In this document: piece after piece, positions 46,099-55,754 of the stretch
Layout of the letters: the number at the start of each line of letters is the position of its first letter
How positions within the stretch are numbered: position 1 is the first letter of the stretch
Assembly (NCBI GenBank): GCA_963730185.1
Contig: CAVSQW010000012.1
Location: 224,001 to 288,000, forward strand
Direction: 5' to 3'
Length of the DNA stretch: 64,000 nucleotides
Source of the DNA: an uncultured Gemmatimonadales bacterium
GTDB lineage: Bacteria; Gemmatimonadota; Gemmatimonadetes; Gemmatimonadales; GWC2-71-9
Program-made: the position numbers and the translations under genes
The notes under the pieces: generated by a model
Database searches by the model: none
Seen by the model: only the letters and a program-made list of their open reading frames with translations
Told to the model about the DNA's origin: nothing

Positions 46099-48039
46099 TC
46101 AGACCTCCGACTGGCGCGCCACCCACCGGTAGGTGGCCACCACCGCCGCCACCATCAGCGCCATCCCGACCCAGTGCGCCATCCCGGCGAAGTCCTCGCC
46201 GACGAGGGCCAGCGGCTCCGCCTTCCCGGTGCCGACGATGAGCCCCGCGTTGAGCACCCCGAGCAGGCTCTCGCCCACGATCAGACCGGAGGCGAGCAGC
46301 ACGCCGAAGCGCTTGCCCATCTCGCCGTTGGCCCGGCGGCTCATCATCCGGTCGTAGAGCCACCCCACGATCGCGCCGACCACCACCGGCTGGGTGGCGT
46401 CCATCGGGAGATAGATCCCGATCCCGACCGCCAGCGGCGACAGCCGGAGCAGCTTGAACACGCCGAGCAGCTCGTCGACGACGATCGCGCCAACCCCCAC
46501 CAGGGCACCGATCCGGATCAGGTTCCAGTCGAGCTGGGCGTTGAGCACGCCCCGGGCCAGGGTGGAGATCAGCGCGGCCTGCGGGGCCGGGAGCGGGGTC
46601 GCCGCGATCGCGGCGCGGTTCGGGTCGCCGGGAAATCCGTAGGCGTGGTTCAAGAGACTCAGGATCGGTGGGATGACGATCGAGCCCGCGATCACCCCGA
46701 CGATCAGCGCCACCTGCTGCCGCCACGGCGAGGCGCCCACCAACTGGCCGGTCTTGAGGTCCTGCAGGTTGTCGTTGGAGATCGTGGCGATCGAGAAGAC
46801 GATCGCGACCGCGAAGAGCGCGAACGCCACCAACGTGTCGGTGGCCCCGGGCCCGAGGCGGGGCTGGGCGAAGAGCGCCAGCAGAAGCGCCATCGCGACC
46901 GTGGCCAGGATGCCGATCCCGCTCACCGGACTGTTCGACGCCCCGATCAGCCCCGCCATGTAGCCAGCCACCGTGGCGACGAAGGCGCCGATCAGGAGGG
47001 TGAAGAACACCCCGCCCAGCACCAGCGGCCAGCGGAGCGGACTCAGCGGCCCCGTGCCGATGAAGTGGTAGAGCAGCCAGCCGATCATCACCAGGCAGAT
47101 CGCCGACAGCGCGCCGATCGTCCCCAGCGGCAGATCCCGCTCGCGGTCGGCGCCGACCCCGGCCGCCGCCCCGGCCCGCGCCGTGGCCATGATGCCGCCG
47201 AAGACGGGCTTGACCAGCTTGAGCAGACTCCAGATGGCCGCGATGCCGATCGCGCCGGCGCCGATGAACCGGACCTTGGTCGCCCAGATCGTTTGCGCCA
47301 CGTCGGCCACCGGACCAGGCAGCCCGGCGCTCAGGAGCGGCACCGCCACCCCCCAGGCGATCAGGAGGCCCGCCAGCATGGCCAGACCGACGGAGATGCC
47401 GACCAGGTGCCCGGCGCCGAAGAGCGCCAGCGAATAGCCGATGGTGACGCCGCTCGCGCCCGTGCCAACCCGGAAGAACTTGGTGATCCCGGTCGCCGCG
47501 ATTCCCGTGAAGCTCACGATCTGGGTGCCGGCCGCGGTCAGCGCGCCCACCAGCACGATCAACGGCCCCCGCTTCCGCTCCAGCACGTCGGCCGAGGCCT
47601 CGTCGCCGGTGGCCCCGACCTTGAGGACCTCCGCCGCCGCGACGCCCTCCGGGAAGGGCAGGTCGGAGTTGATCACCAGCGCCCGGCGGAGGGGGATCGA
47701 GAAGAGCACGCCGAGGATGCCGCCCAGCGAGCAAATCAGGAAGGTGGTGAGAAAGGGAAAGCCTTGCCACCAGCCGATCATCACCAGACCCGGCAGCACG
47801 AAGATGATGGCCGAGAGCGTGCCGCCCGCCGACGCCACCGTCTGAACGATGTTGTTCTCTTTGATGGTCCCGGTCCGGAGGGCGCGCAGCACGCCCATCG
47901 AGATGACGGCGGCTGGAATCGACGACGCGATGGTGAGGCCGACGCGGAGGCCCAGGAACACGTTCGCCGCGGTGAAGACGGCGGCGATGACCGCGCCGAG
48001 GATCAGGCCGCGCGGGGTGAGCTCGGTTTCTCGGGGCAT
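46099..48039 (-). CDS. OPT family oligopeptide transporter
   Basis: ELTPRG, SSIPAAVIS, ENNIVQT, PFPEGVA, DNLQDLKTG, APQA. Confidence 0.94.
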   Translation of the reverse strand: MPRETELTPRGLILGAVIAAVFTAANVFLGLRVGLTIASSIPAAVISMGVLRALRTGTIKENNIVQTVASAGGTLSAIIFVLPGLVMIGWWQGFPFLTTFLICSLGGILGVLFSIPLRRALVINSDLPFPEGVAAAEVLKVGATGDEASADVLERKRGPLIVLVGALTAAGTQIVSFTGIAATGITKFFRVGTGASGVTIGYSLALFGAGHLVGISVGLAMLAGLLIAWGVAVPLLSAGLPGPVADVAQTIWATKVRFIGAGAIGIAAIWSLLKLVKPVFGGIMATARAGAAAGVGADRERDLPLGTIGALSAICLVMIGWLLYHFIGTGPLSPLRWPLVLGGVFFTLLIGAFVATVAGYMAGLIGASNSPVSGIGILATVAMALLLALFAQPRLGPGATDTLVAFALFAVAIVFSIATISNDNLQDLKTGQLVGASPWRQQVALIVGVIAGSIVIPPILSLLNHAYGFPGDPNRAAIAATPLPAPQAALISTLARGVLNAQLDWNLIRIGALVGVGAIVVDELLGVFKLLRLSPLAVGIGIYLPMDATQPVVVGAIVGWLYDRMMSRRANGEMGKRFGVLLASGLIVGESLLGVLNAGLIVGTGKAEPLALVGEDFAGMAHWVGMALMVAAVVATYRWVARQSEV

Positions 48040-48120
48040 GGAACGCTCGGTTCGAGACGCCGCGAATCTACCTCGCGGCGCCCGATCGAGCGAACCCCAC
48101 CCCGCCCCTTCCCGCCCTCC

Positions 48121-49269
48121 TCAGGGCAGGCGGAACCGGACCACCGTGTCCTCGAGCGGAATTTCCCGAGTCACCGGGGTCGGCGGCCCGGAGGCCGTCC
48201 AGCCCGCCATCGTCCCCTCGAACCCGCTGGTCCGGCCCAGCCGCTCGTAGCGGTCGAACACGAACGGGACGCCTTCCGCGCCAAGCGGCGAGCTGGCGTC
48301 CTCCAGGTGAAGGTGGAGGTGCGGCGCGTCGGAGTTGCCGGTGTTCCCGAGGAGCCCGACCTGCTGGCCGCGCTTGACCCGATCGCCCACCCTGACCTTG
48401 ACGGAGCCGGGCTGGAGGTGCGCGTAGAAGGCGTAGTGGCCGTTGCCCAGATCGATGATCACGTGGTTCCCACCGACGGTCTCCAAGGTGATCGGCACGG
48501 CCCGCTTCGGCGCGAGCGGAACGTTCTCCGGGATCCCGTCCTTCGTCTCGGTCACGATCCCGTCGGCGACGGCCACGACCGGGGTGCCCCAGCCGTACCA
48601 GTTCGAGTTCACGGTCGAGTCGCCGTGAAAGAGCCGCCCATCCGGACCGAGCTTGACCCAGTCGGTGGCGAACCGCTGCGAGATCCTGGCCCGACCGCCG
48701 AGGGGAATCGCGGTCCGGCGATGCCCGGAGGTATTGCCGGGCCCGTTGGCCGCCACCCAGGGACCGCCGTCAAACGGCGCCGAGATGACCGGCGCCTCAC
48801 CCCGAACCGCCACCTCGTAACCCTCCAGGGTATCGCGGCGGGCCGCGGTCGAATCGCCGGTGGTGACGATCAGTCGATGGGTGAGGACCGACGGGGCCGT
48901 TCGTCCCGCCGGGAAAGTGACCCAGAGGTAGACCAGGGCCGTGCCACCGCCGGAGATCGTCCCCGCGCTGTCGCCGGGCGTGAGCGACCGCCAGGCGGCC
49001 GCGAGATCGGCTCCCGTCAGATCGAGCACCGGCTCGCCGGCGCCCGCGAGCACCTGGAGCTCGACGACGTGCCCAGCGGCCCGTGCCAGGTTGGTCGCCC
49101 AGATCTCGTAGGCGAGCCGCGTCTGCCCCTCGGCCCGCACCGGCGTCGGCGCCTTCGGCGTGTGGAGCTCGAGTGGCACCAGGTGGAGCTGAGCTGCGAG
49201 CCCGGCGGGCGCGAGACCCGCGAGCGCGCTCAGCGCGAGACGGAATGACAACGATCGAGCAGACGGCAT
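48121..49269 (-). CDS. M23 family metallopeptidase, secreted
   Basis: HRR...RFATDW, GNHVII, YAHL, GNTGNSDAPHLH. Confidence 0.9.
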   Translation of the reverse strand: MPSARSLSFRLALSALAGLAPAGLAAQLHLVPLELHTPKAPTPVRAEGQTRLAYEIWATNLARAAGHVVELQVLAGAGEPVLDLTGADLAAAWRSLTPGDSAGTISGGGTALVYLWVTFPAGRTAPSVLTHRLIVTTGDSTAARRDTLEGYEVAVRGEAPVISAPFDGGPWVAANGPGNTSGHRRTAIPLGGRARISQRFATDWVKLGPDGRLFHGDSTVNSNWYGWGTPVVAVADGIVTETKDGIPENVPLAPKRAVPITLETVGGNHVIIDLGNGHYAFYAHLQPGSVKVRVGDRVKRGQQVGLLGNTGNSDAPHLHLHLEDASSPLGAEGVPFVFDRYERLGRTSGFEGTMAGWTASGPPTPVTREIPLEDTVVRFRLP

Positions 49270-49305
49270 CGGCGACCTTCCTGCGAGCAATGATCCGGCC
49301 AGGGC

Positions 49306-49363
49306 CCCCGGCCATCGGGCCGCAACCCCCGGCTATCGGGCCGGGACCCCGGCCATCGGGCCG
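49306..49363 (+). repeat. Three 17-bp direct repeats CCCCGGCYATCGGGCCG, period 21/20 bp
   Basis: Copies at 49306, 49327 and 49347, between the divergent M23 and gpx genes. Confidence 0.85.
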
Positions 49364-49504
49364 GAAGACCGGGCACGGTATGCGAAACTGTATACGAAAG
49401 GTCCGGCGAAAGGTTTCCCGGCGCCTCGACGGCCTTCCCCGTCGCCGCGACCGGCGATACTCTGCCCTCGTCGCGCCACCACCCACCCCGACCCTGAGCC
49501 GCCC

Positions 49505-49984
49505 GTGCCCATCTACGACATCCCGGTCACCACCATCGAGGGCGAGCCTCAGACGCTCGCGCCCTTCGCGGGCCAGACGCTGCTGATCGTCAACGTCGCC
49601 AGCAAGTGCGGCTTCACGCCCCAATACACCGGGCTCGAGGCGCTCTACCAGAAGTATCGCGACCGGGGTTTCGCGATCCTCGGCTTCCCGTGCGACCAGT
49701 TCGGCCACCAGGAGCCCGGCTCGGAAGCCGAGATCCAGGCGTTCTGCTCCACGACCTACGGCGTGACCTTCCCGATGTTCGCCAAGATCAAGGTGAACGG
49801 GGCCGACACCCACCCGCTCTACCGGCTCCTCAAGACCGCCAAACCCGGCCTGCTCGGCACCGACGCGATCAAGTGGAACTTCACCAAGTTCCTGGTCGGT
49901 CCGGACGGGGAGGTTCTGGAGCGATTCGCGCCCAAGACCACGCCCGAGGAGATCGACGCCGTGCTGGCCCGGCGGCTTGCCTAA
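49505..49984 (+). CDS. Glutathione peroxidase (Cys type)
   Basis: NVASKCGFT, GFPCDQF, KWNFTKFL. Confidence 0.95.
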   Translation: MPIYDIPVTTIEGEPQTLAPFAGQTLLIVNVASKCGFTPQYTGLEALYQKYRDRGFAILGFPCDQFGHQEPGSEAEIQAFCSTTYGVTFPMFAKIKVNGADTHPLYRLLKTAKPGLLGTDAIKWNFTKFLVGPDGEVLERFAPKTTPEEIDAVLARRLA

Positions 49985-51489
49985 CGCTCCAGCCTGGCGC
50001 CCGGATCGAGCCGGACCCGCTCCGCCGCCGTCGCCACCAGCCAGCCGGTGGCGTACATCCAGCGGGTCATCCGGGTGAGCTTGGGATAGTCGATCGTGTC
50101 CGGCTCGTCGGCCGGGGTGTGGTACCGCGGGTGGGGCAAGGTGCTGAAGTAGATGGCCGGCACCCCGACCCGGGCGTACGAGGCGTGGTCGCTCCGAAAA
50201 TACCAACCCTCCGGATGGGTGGGCCGATCCCACGACGAGTCGATCACGAAGTGCGAGACCAGGTCGTTGGCCCGGAGGGCCATCGCGACCAGGTCGGTCG
50301 AGTTCCGGTGGGGCGGCTGGGTGCCCAGCAACCCGGCCGTGTCGGGGGCGTTGCCCCCGATCATGTCGCCGTTGATCACCGCGACGATCGAGTCCTTGGG
50401 CACCTCGGGATGGGCCGCGTGGTACCGGGAGCCGAGGAGTCCTTTCTCCTCGGCGCCGTGCCAGACGAAGAGGGCGGAGCGGGGCGCGGGATGGCGGGCG
50501 AAGGCCCGACCGATCGCCAGCAGGCCGACGCTCACGCTGGCGTTGTCGTCGGCGCCGTTCCAGATCGAGTCCCCGGCCACCGGCTCCTTGACGCCGTCGT
50601 GGTCCTGGTGGCCGCTGAAGAGGACGTACTCGCCCCGGCGGGCCGGGTCGGTCCCGGGCACCCGGGCCACGACGTTGACCGACGGCACCGTGAACCGCTC
50701 GAAGAAGAGGGTCGCCTGGAGCCGCTGCCCGGGGGTCGCGAGCCCAGGGCCGGCGCTTTGGTGTACCCAGACCACCGGGATCGAGGTGTCGGGTCCGAGC
50801 CGCGAGGAGGCGGCGACGTCGAGCCCGTAGCTGCCGTTGGTGAACCAGTGCGACGCGAAGCCCCAGCCCGAGTCGGCCACCGCGTCGGACACCATCACGA
50901 TCGCGGCCGGATGGAGCTGAGCCAGCGTCGCGACCCGCTCGCCGATGGCCGCCATGGCATACCGCATCGGCCGGAGGGAGATGTCCTTGGGGAGGACCCG
51001 GGCCGGCGGCGTGATCTGCACCACGACCGCTTTCCCCGCCAGGTCGAGCCCCTCGAGTGCCGGCTTCCGGCCGTCGCCGGCCGAGACCAGCGGCGCGTCG
51101 ACGATGGCGTTGCCGCCCGACACGACCACGGCATCGGGGCCGATGGCGAACGCCCGGCCCCCGATCGAGAGGGTGCTGGTGCTCGAGATCCTGACCCGGG
51201 CCATCGACCAGAACTGGAAATACGTCCCGTCGTCGCCGGCCGGCTCGAGGCCGGCGTCCCGGGCCCGCTCGGCGAGCCAGGCCGAGGCCTTGAGCTCGTC
51301 GAGGGTGCCGGCTTCGCGGCCGCGGAAGTGGTCGCCGGCCATGGCGTAGAGATCGGCGCGGAGATCGGTCTGCCGAATCGCGTCGAGCGCCGGGGGCAGG
51401 CCGCCGTCCGGGCCCGGGGTCGGAGCGCTGGTGGAACGGCCGGCGCAGCCGATCAGCAGGGCGACGCCGAGGGGTGTGAGGTGTCTCAT
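49981..51489 (-). CDS. M28 family peptidase lipoprotein
   Basis: LIGC lipobox; GHQDH, NGADDNAS, GAEEKGLLGS, RSDH, YHTPAD. Confidence 0.92.
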   Translation of the reverse strand: MRHLTPLGVALLIGCAGRSTSAPTPGPDGGLPPALDAIRQTDLRADLYAMAGDHFRGREAGTLDELKASAWLAERARDAGLEPAGDDGTYFQFWSMARVRISSTSTLSIGGRAFAIGPDAVVVSGGNAIVDAPLVSAGDGRKPALEGLDLAGKAVVVQITPPARVLPKDISLRPMRYAMAAIGERVATLAQLHPAAIVMVSDAVADSGWGFASHWFTNGSYGLDVAASSRLGPDTSIPVVWVHQSAGPGLATPGQRLQATLFFERFTVPSVNVVARVPGTDPARRGEYVLFSGHQDHDGVKEPVAGDSIWNGADDNASVSVGLLAIGRAFARHPAPRSALFVWHGAEEKGLLGSRYHAAHPEVPKDSIVAVINGDMIGGNAPDTAGLLGTQPPHRNSTDLVAMALRANDLVSHFVIDSSWDRPTHPEGWYFRSDHASYARVGVPAIYFSTLPHPRYHTPADEPDTIDYPKLTRMTRWMYATGWLVATAAERVRLDPGARLER

Positions 51490-51650
51490 GGGGAAGCTCG
51501 CTCGGATCGCGCTCCGGCAGGCGGGCCGGAACGGCTGGATGATTTGCGGTTCATGGAAGGCCCGGGCGCGCGGAGCCTAACGACCGGGCGGCGTATTGCG
51601 CCACCGCCGGGGAGCCGGTAGCTTCGACCACACTCTCCCCCAAGACTATC

Positions 51651-52493
51651 ATGCCCAATATCGGCTACTACCATCCTCAGATCGTTCACTTCGTCATCGC
51701 CCTCGGGATCGTGGGGGTCGTGCTGCGCCTGGCCAGCCTCAGCGGCAAGCTGAAGTGGACCGGGCCGGCGGCGGCCACGCTTCTGCTCATCGCCGGGGCT
51801 GCCAGCTACGCCGCCGCCAGGTCGGGCCACGACGCCCACGGCCCGGTGGAACGGGTGCCCGGCGCCGCTGAGGCCGTGCAAGACCACGAGGAGTGGGGCG
51901 ACCGGACCCGGAACGTCCTCCTCGTCATCGCCGGCCTCGAGCTGATCGGGCTGGCGCTCCGCAAGAAGGAGAAGGCGGCCTACGCGATGCACGTCGTGTC
52001 GGCCCTGGTCGGGCTCGGGGCCGTCTACTCGATCTACGAGACCGGCGAGCACGGCGGCGTCCTGGTGTACGACCATGCCGGCGGCGTCGGCATCCGGAGC
52101 GGCGAGCCGGGCGACATCACCAATCTACTCGTCGCCGGCCTCTACGAACGGGCGATGCAGGCCCGAAGCCAGGGCGACAAGGACACCGCGGCGCGGCTCT
52201 TCGACGAGCTGGCCCAGCAGCGGCCGGACGACCCCAGCGTGAAGCTTCTGGCGCTCGACTCACAGCTCGAGGACCGGGGCGACGCCGCCGGGGCGCTGGC
52301 GGGACTGCACCAGCTCACGCCGCCCGAAGGAAACCGGCGGATTGGCTTCCAGTACCAGATCCTCCTGGCCCGGGCCTACGCCGGCGCCGGGTTTCGGGAC
52401 TCCGCGACGACCATCGTCAACAAGCTGAAGGAGATGGCGCCGCAAAGCCGGATGATCCAGGACCTGGAGAAGTCGCTCGGCCCAGCCCAGTGA
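51651..52493 (+). CDS. DUF2231-like membrane protein with helical C-terminal extension
   Basis: HPQIVHFVIAL, HEEWG, GEHGGVLVY. Confidence 0.75.
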   Translation: MPNIGYYHPQIVHFVIALGIVGVVLRLASLSGKLKWTGPAAATLLLIAGAASYAAARSGHDAHGPVERVPGAAEAVQDHEEWGDRTRNVLLVIAGLELIGLALRKKEKAAYAMHVVSALVGLGAVYSIYETGEHGGVLVYDHAGGVGIRSGEPGDITNLLVAGLYERAMQARSQGDKDTAARLFDELAQQRPDDPSVKLLALDSQLEDRGDAAGALAGLHQLTPPEGNRRIGFQYQILLARAYAGAGFRDSATTIVNKLKEMAPQSRMIQDLEKSLGPAQ

Positions 52494-52508
52494 TCGGGCG
52501 AGCGGTGG

Positions 52509-54254
52509 CTAGCGGCCCTCGGCCGCCAGCCACCGCTCGATCCGGCTCCGGAGCCAGGGCAGCGGGACGTTGCCGTTCTGGAGCACCTGGTCGTGGAACT
52601 TCCGAACGTCGAAGGCGGTCCCGAGCTGTCGCCTGGCCTGCTCGCGCAGCGCCACCAACTCCAGATTCCCCAGCATGTAGGCCGTGGCCTGACCCGGCCA
52701 CGAGATGTAACGGTTGACCTCGCCCTGGATCTCGGCGGGGGGCCGGGTGGTGTGCACCTCGAGGTAGGCCACCGCAGAATCGCGACTCATCCGCCCGGTG
52801 TGGATTCCCGCGTCGACCACCAAGCGGGCCGCCCGGAACGCCCGGCTCGCCAGCCAGCCCAGCCGGTCCACGTCGGTCGAATAGAGTCCCAGCTCGTCGG
52901 CCAACCCCTCGGCGTAGAGCCCCCACCCCTCGATGAACCCGGTGCTCCCCAGATAGCGAACCACCGGGTGGAGCCCCTCCCGCTCCCGCGCGATCGAGAG
53001 CTGGAAGTGATGACCGGGGTAGGTCTCGTGAAAGGTCACCTGCTCGACGTTGGCCCGGCTGGTGTGGGTCGGATCGTAGGCGTTGATCAGAAACACGCCC
53101 GGCGCGCTCCCGTCCTCGGGGCCGGCGTTGTACTGTCCCGGGGCGCCCGCCCGGGCCCGGAACTCGGGATAGGGCTCGATCACCACCCGCGCGTCGGTCG
53201 TCAGGTCGGCCACCCGGGGCATCGCTTGGCGGGCCCGGTCCAGCGCAGCCTGGGCGTAGGCCATCAGCTCGTCCGACGTCTTGAAGGCGTACTTGGGGTC
53301 GGTCCGGAGCCGGGTCAGCGCCTCGGCCGGCGTGGCCCCGCCGAAGCCGCGCGCGGCCACCGCCGTCATCTCCCCTTCCACCCGACCCATCTCCGCCAAC
53401 CCGAGCCGATAGACGCTGTCGGGCGCCACGTCGAGGGTGCTGAAGCGCCGCACCTCGGCGCGATAGCAGTCCCGTCCCTGCGGATTGGCGGTCACCCCGA
53501 TCGCGTTCCGGGCCGAGGCCAGGTACCGGGTCGCCAGGAAATCGCGGTAGCGATGGAGGGCGGGGTTGAGCTCCTTGGCAACCGCCTCGAGATAGGCGCT
53601 CCGGAACGCCGGGGTCGAATCCCGCTCGGCCGGCGACGCGAACGGCGATCGCGCCACCGGGGTCGCGAGGATGTCGTCGAGCTGGTCGAGCACGGCATAG
53701 ACGATCACCTTGGGCGACGAGTAGCCCTGGGCCAGCCCGGCCGCGAGGTTGTCGATCTCGGTATCGATGTACTTGGGGAGGGCGCGGACCCGGGCCAGCG
53801 CCTGGGCCCGGAGCGAGTCGCTGCCCACCGGCTGCACCAGGGCAAGGTCGGAATACTCGGTCTGCCAGCCGTTCACGTAGGAGTTGACGGCCCAGAGCTC
53901 GAGCCGGCAGGCTCGCGACGCCACCGCCCCCTCCAGCTCTTCCCGGAGCACCGCGTAGGTCACGGCCTCGGGCCGGTCGCCAAGGGTGGTGGGGTCGATG
54001 GTCTGGAGCCGGGCCAGCCAGCCGTCCTCCTTCGCCTGCCAGCGCTCCAACGCGCCGAGCGAGTTGTCCGTGATCCGGCCCTGGTCCGCACCCGGAAGGC
54101 CGTTGACCGTACCGAACTCGGGGTGATAGGCGAGCAGACCGGCGAGGTAGTCGTCGGCGACCGCGGTGACCTTGGTGGCGGCGTCACCACCCGCGTGGCA
54201 TCCGGCGGCCAGAAGCGCGGCCAGGACAAGGGAGGTGAACCGGAATCGACCCAT
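52509..54254 (-). CDS. DUF885 lipoprotein
   Basis: LAAGC lipobox; HETYPGHHFQ, EGWGLYAE, RAARLVVD, RYISWPGQATAY. Confidence 0.9.
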   Translation of the reverse strand: MGRFRFTSLVLAALLAAGCHAGGDAATKVTAVADDYLAGLLAYHPEFGTVNGLPGADQGRITDNSLGALERWQAKEDGWLARLQTIDPTTLGDRPEAVTYAVLREELEGAVASRACRLELWAVNSYVNGWQTEYSDLALVQPVGSDSLRAQALARVRALPKYIDTEIDNLAAGLAQGYSSPKVIVYAVLDQLDDILATPVARSPFASPAERDSTPAFRSAYLEAVAKELNPALHRYRDFLATRYLASARNAIGVTANPQGRDCYRAEVRRFSTLDVAPDSVYRLGLAEMGRVEGEMTAVAARGFGGATPAEALTRLRTDPKYAFKTSDELMAYAQAALDRARQAMPRVADLTTDARVVIEPYPEFRARAGAPGQYNAGPEDGSAPGVFLINAYDPTHTSRANVEQVTFHETYPGHHFQLSIAREREGLHPVVRYLGSTGFIEGWGLYAEGLADELGLYSTDVDRLGWLASRAFRAARLVVDAGIHTGRMSRDSAVAYLEVHTTRPPAEIQGEVNRYISWPGQATAYMLGNLELVALREQARRQLGTAFDVRKFHDQVLQNGNVPLPWLRSRIERWLAAEGR

Positions 54255-55606
54255 CACGAAGGAGCCTCGGCAGCAGGGGGACGGTGCCAACCGGCCAGGC
54301 GGTACACCACCAGGCCGAGCACCAGAAGACCGACCCCGATCAGGGAATCGACCGGGCGTTCGACAATGGCGTTGATGACCAGAAAGCCGGAAAAGAGGAT
54401 GAACACGATCGGGGTGACGGGATAGCCCCAGGCTCGATAGGGCCGGACGAGGTTCGGCTCCCGCACTCGGAGCACGATGACGGCGGCGCAGGCCAGGGCG
54501 TAGAACATGAACGACACGAAGACCACGTAACCGGCGAGTTGCTCGTAGCCGCCGAGGAGCACGAGCGACGCCGACCAGATGCCCTGGACGACGAGCGAGG
54601 GCGTGGGCACGTCGTACCGGGGGCTGACCAGGCCGGCCCACCGGAAGAAGCGGCCCTCCCGGGCCATGGCGTAGGGAACCCGGGCGGCGGTGAAGACGAT
54701 GCCGTTGTTGGCCCCGAGGGTGGAGACGAGGGTGACCACGGTGATCAGGGTCGCACCCAGGCCGCCGAGCACGATGGACGCCGCGTCGGCCGCGACCCGC
54801 TCCGAGCGCCCCATCGCGGCATTGCCGAGCACGTACACCATGGCCACGCTCACCGCGACGTAGAGCACCGTCACCAGCAGCGTCGAGAAGAGGATCGCGA
54901 GCGGCATGTCCCGCTCCGGCCGCCGCATCTCGCTCCCGACGTAGGTGATCTCGATCCACCCGTCGTAGGCCCAGAGCACGTTGATGAGGGCCACGCCGAA
55001 CGCCCCGATCAGGAGGCTGGGCGACCCGGCGTCCCAGAACCCGGCGAAGTTCGCGGTCGAGCCGCCCCGGAGGAGGAAGCACACGGCGATCAGGCCTACC
55101 ACGCCGGCGATCTTGATGAAGGTCAGGACGTTCTGGGTGATCGCGCCGGCTTTGAGCCCGAGACAGTTGAGGCCGGTGAGCACGAGGATCGACGCGATCG
55201 CGACCAGCTTGACCCCCCAGTCGCCGAGAGCGACGAACTGGCCGGCGTAGGTCGCGAACCCCACCGCGATGGCCGCGATCGAGGCCGGATTGATGATCAC
55301 CGCCGCGGCCCACCCGTAGAGGTAGCCCCAGACGGGCCCGAACGCTCGGCTCAGATAGACGAACTGGCCGCCCGCCTTGGGCATCGCCGCCCCCAACTCG
55401 GCCACCGAGAGCGCGCCGCAGAGCGAGATCAGCCCGCCGACCACCCAGGCGAGCACGGCGGGGCCGGGCGCCTTGAACGGCGCCGCGATGAACGCGGGCA
55501 CGATGAAGATCGCCGAGGCGATGATCGTACCCACGTTGATCATGGTGCTGTCCAGCAAGGTCAACTCGGCCTTGAGGCCGCCGTCGTTCCGAGCTGGGTC
55601 GGTCAT
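54254..55606 (-). CDS. APC family amino acid permease
   Basis: AELGAAMPKAGG, WAYDGW, RPYRAWGYP; start at 55606 or 55618. Confidence 0.92.
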   Translation of the reverse strand: MTDPARNDGGLKAELTLLDSTMINVGTIIASAIFIVPAFIAAPFKAPGPAVLAWVVGGLISLCGALSVAELGAAMPKAGGQFVYLSRAFGPVWGYLYGWAAAVIINPASIAAIAVGFATYAGQFVALGDWGVKLVAIASILVLTGLNCLGLKAGAITQNVLTFIKIAGVVGLIAVCFLLRGGSTANFAGFWDAGSPSLLIGAFGVALINVLWAYDGWIEITYVGSEMRRPERDMPLAILFSTLLVTVLYVAVSVAMVYVLGNAAMGRSERVAADAASIVLGGLGATLITVVTLVSTLGANNGIVFTAARVPYAMAREGRFFRWAGLVSPRYDVPTPSLVVQGIWSASLVLLGGYEQLAGYVVFVSFMFYALACAAVIVLRVREPNLVRPYRAWGYPVTPIVFILFSGFLVINAIVERPVDSLIGVGLLVLGLVVYRLAGWHRPPAAEAPS

Positions 55607-55754
55607 CGTCGGATCCACGGAGTGGTCTCCGCCCGCTCGACCGAGTCGATGGCGAGAACGGTGTCGGAATGCTCGGGAGGTGCCGCGGGCGAGAGGGGCC
55701 GCTGCATGGCCGAATATGGAGGCCCCACCCGACCGGGGGAAGGGCGCGATCAGC

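Noticed and set aside
42867..49248. Very long ORFs 42867-46241 (1124 aa) and 46174-49248 (1024 aa), and similar shadow ORFs throughout (for example 1878-3995, 59582-62251)
   Set aside because: Arg/Pro/Gly-rich off-frame or antisense shadows of real genes, expected at ~70% GC; no recognisable motifs.
49306..49363. CRISPR array
   Set aside because: 17-bp units with 3-4 nt spacers and no cas genes; kept only as a short direct repeat.
49505..49984. Selenocysteine glutathione peroxidase
   Set aside because: The active-site codon is TGC (Cys); there is no in-frame TGA.
49979..51581. GCCTAAC heptamers at about 49979 and 51575 as attC arms
   Set aside because: They lie in core-gene context (one is overlapping convergent stop codons) and have no complementary arm.
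52509..55313. 934-aa ORF extending DUF885
   Set aside because: The N-terminal part is an alternative frame of the APC permease; the lipoprotein signal starts at 54254.
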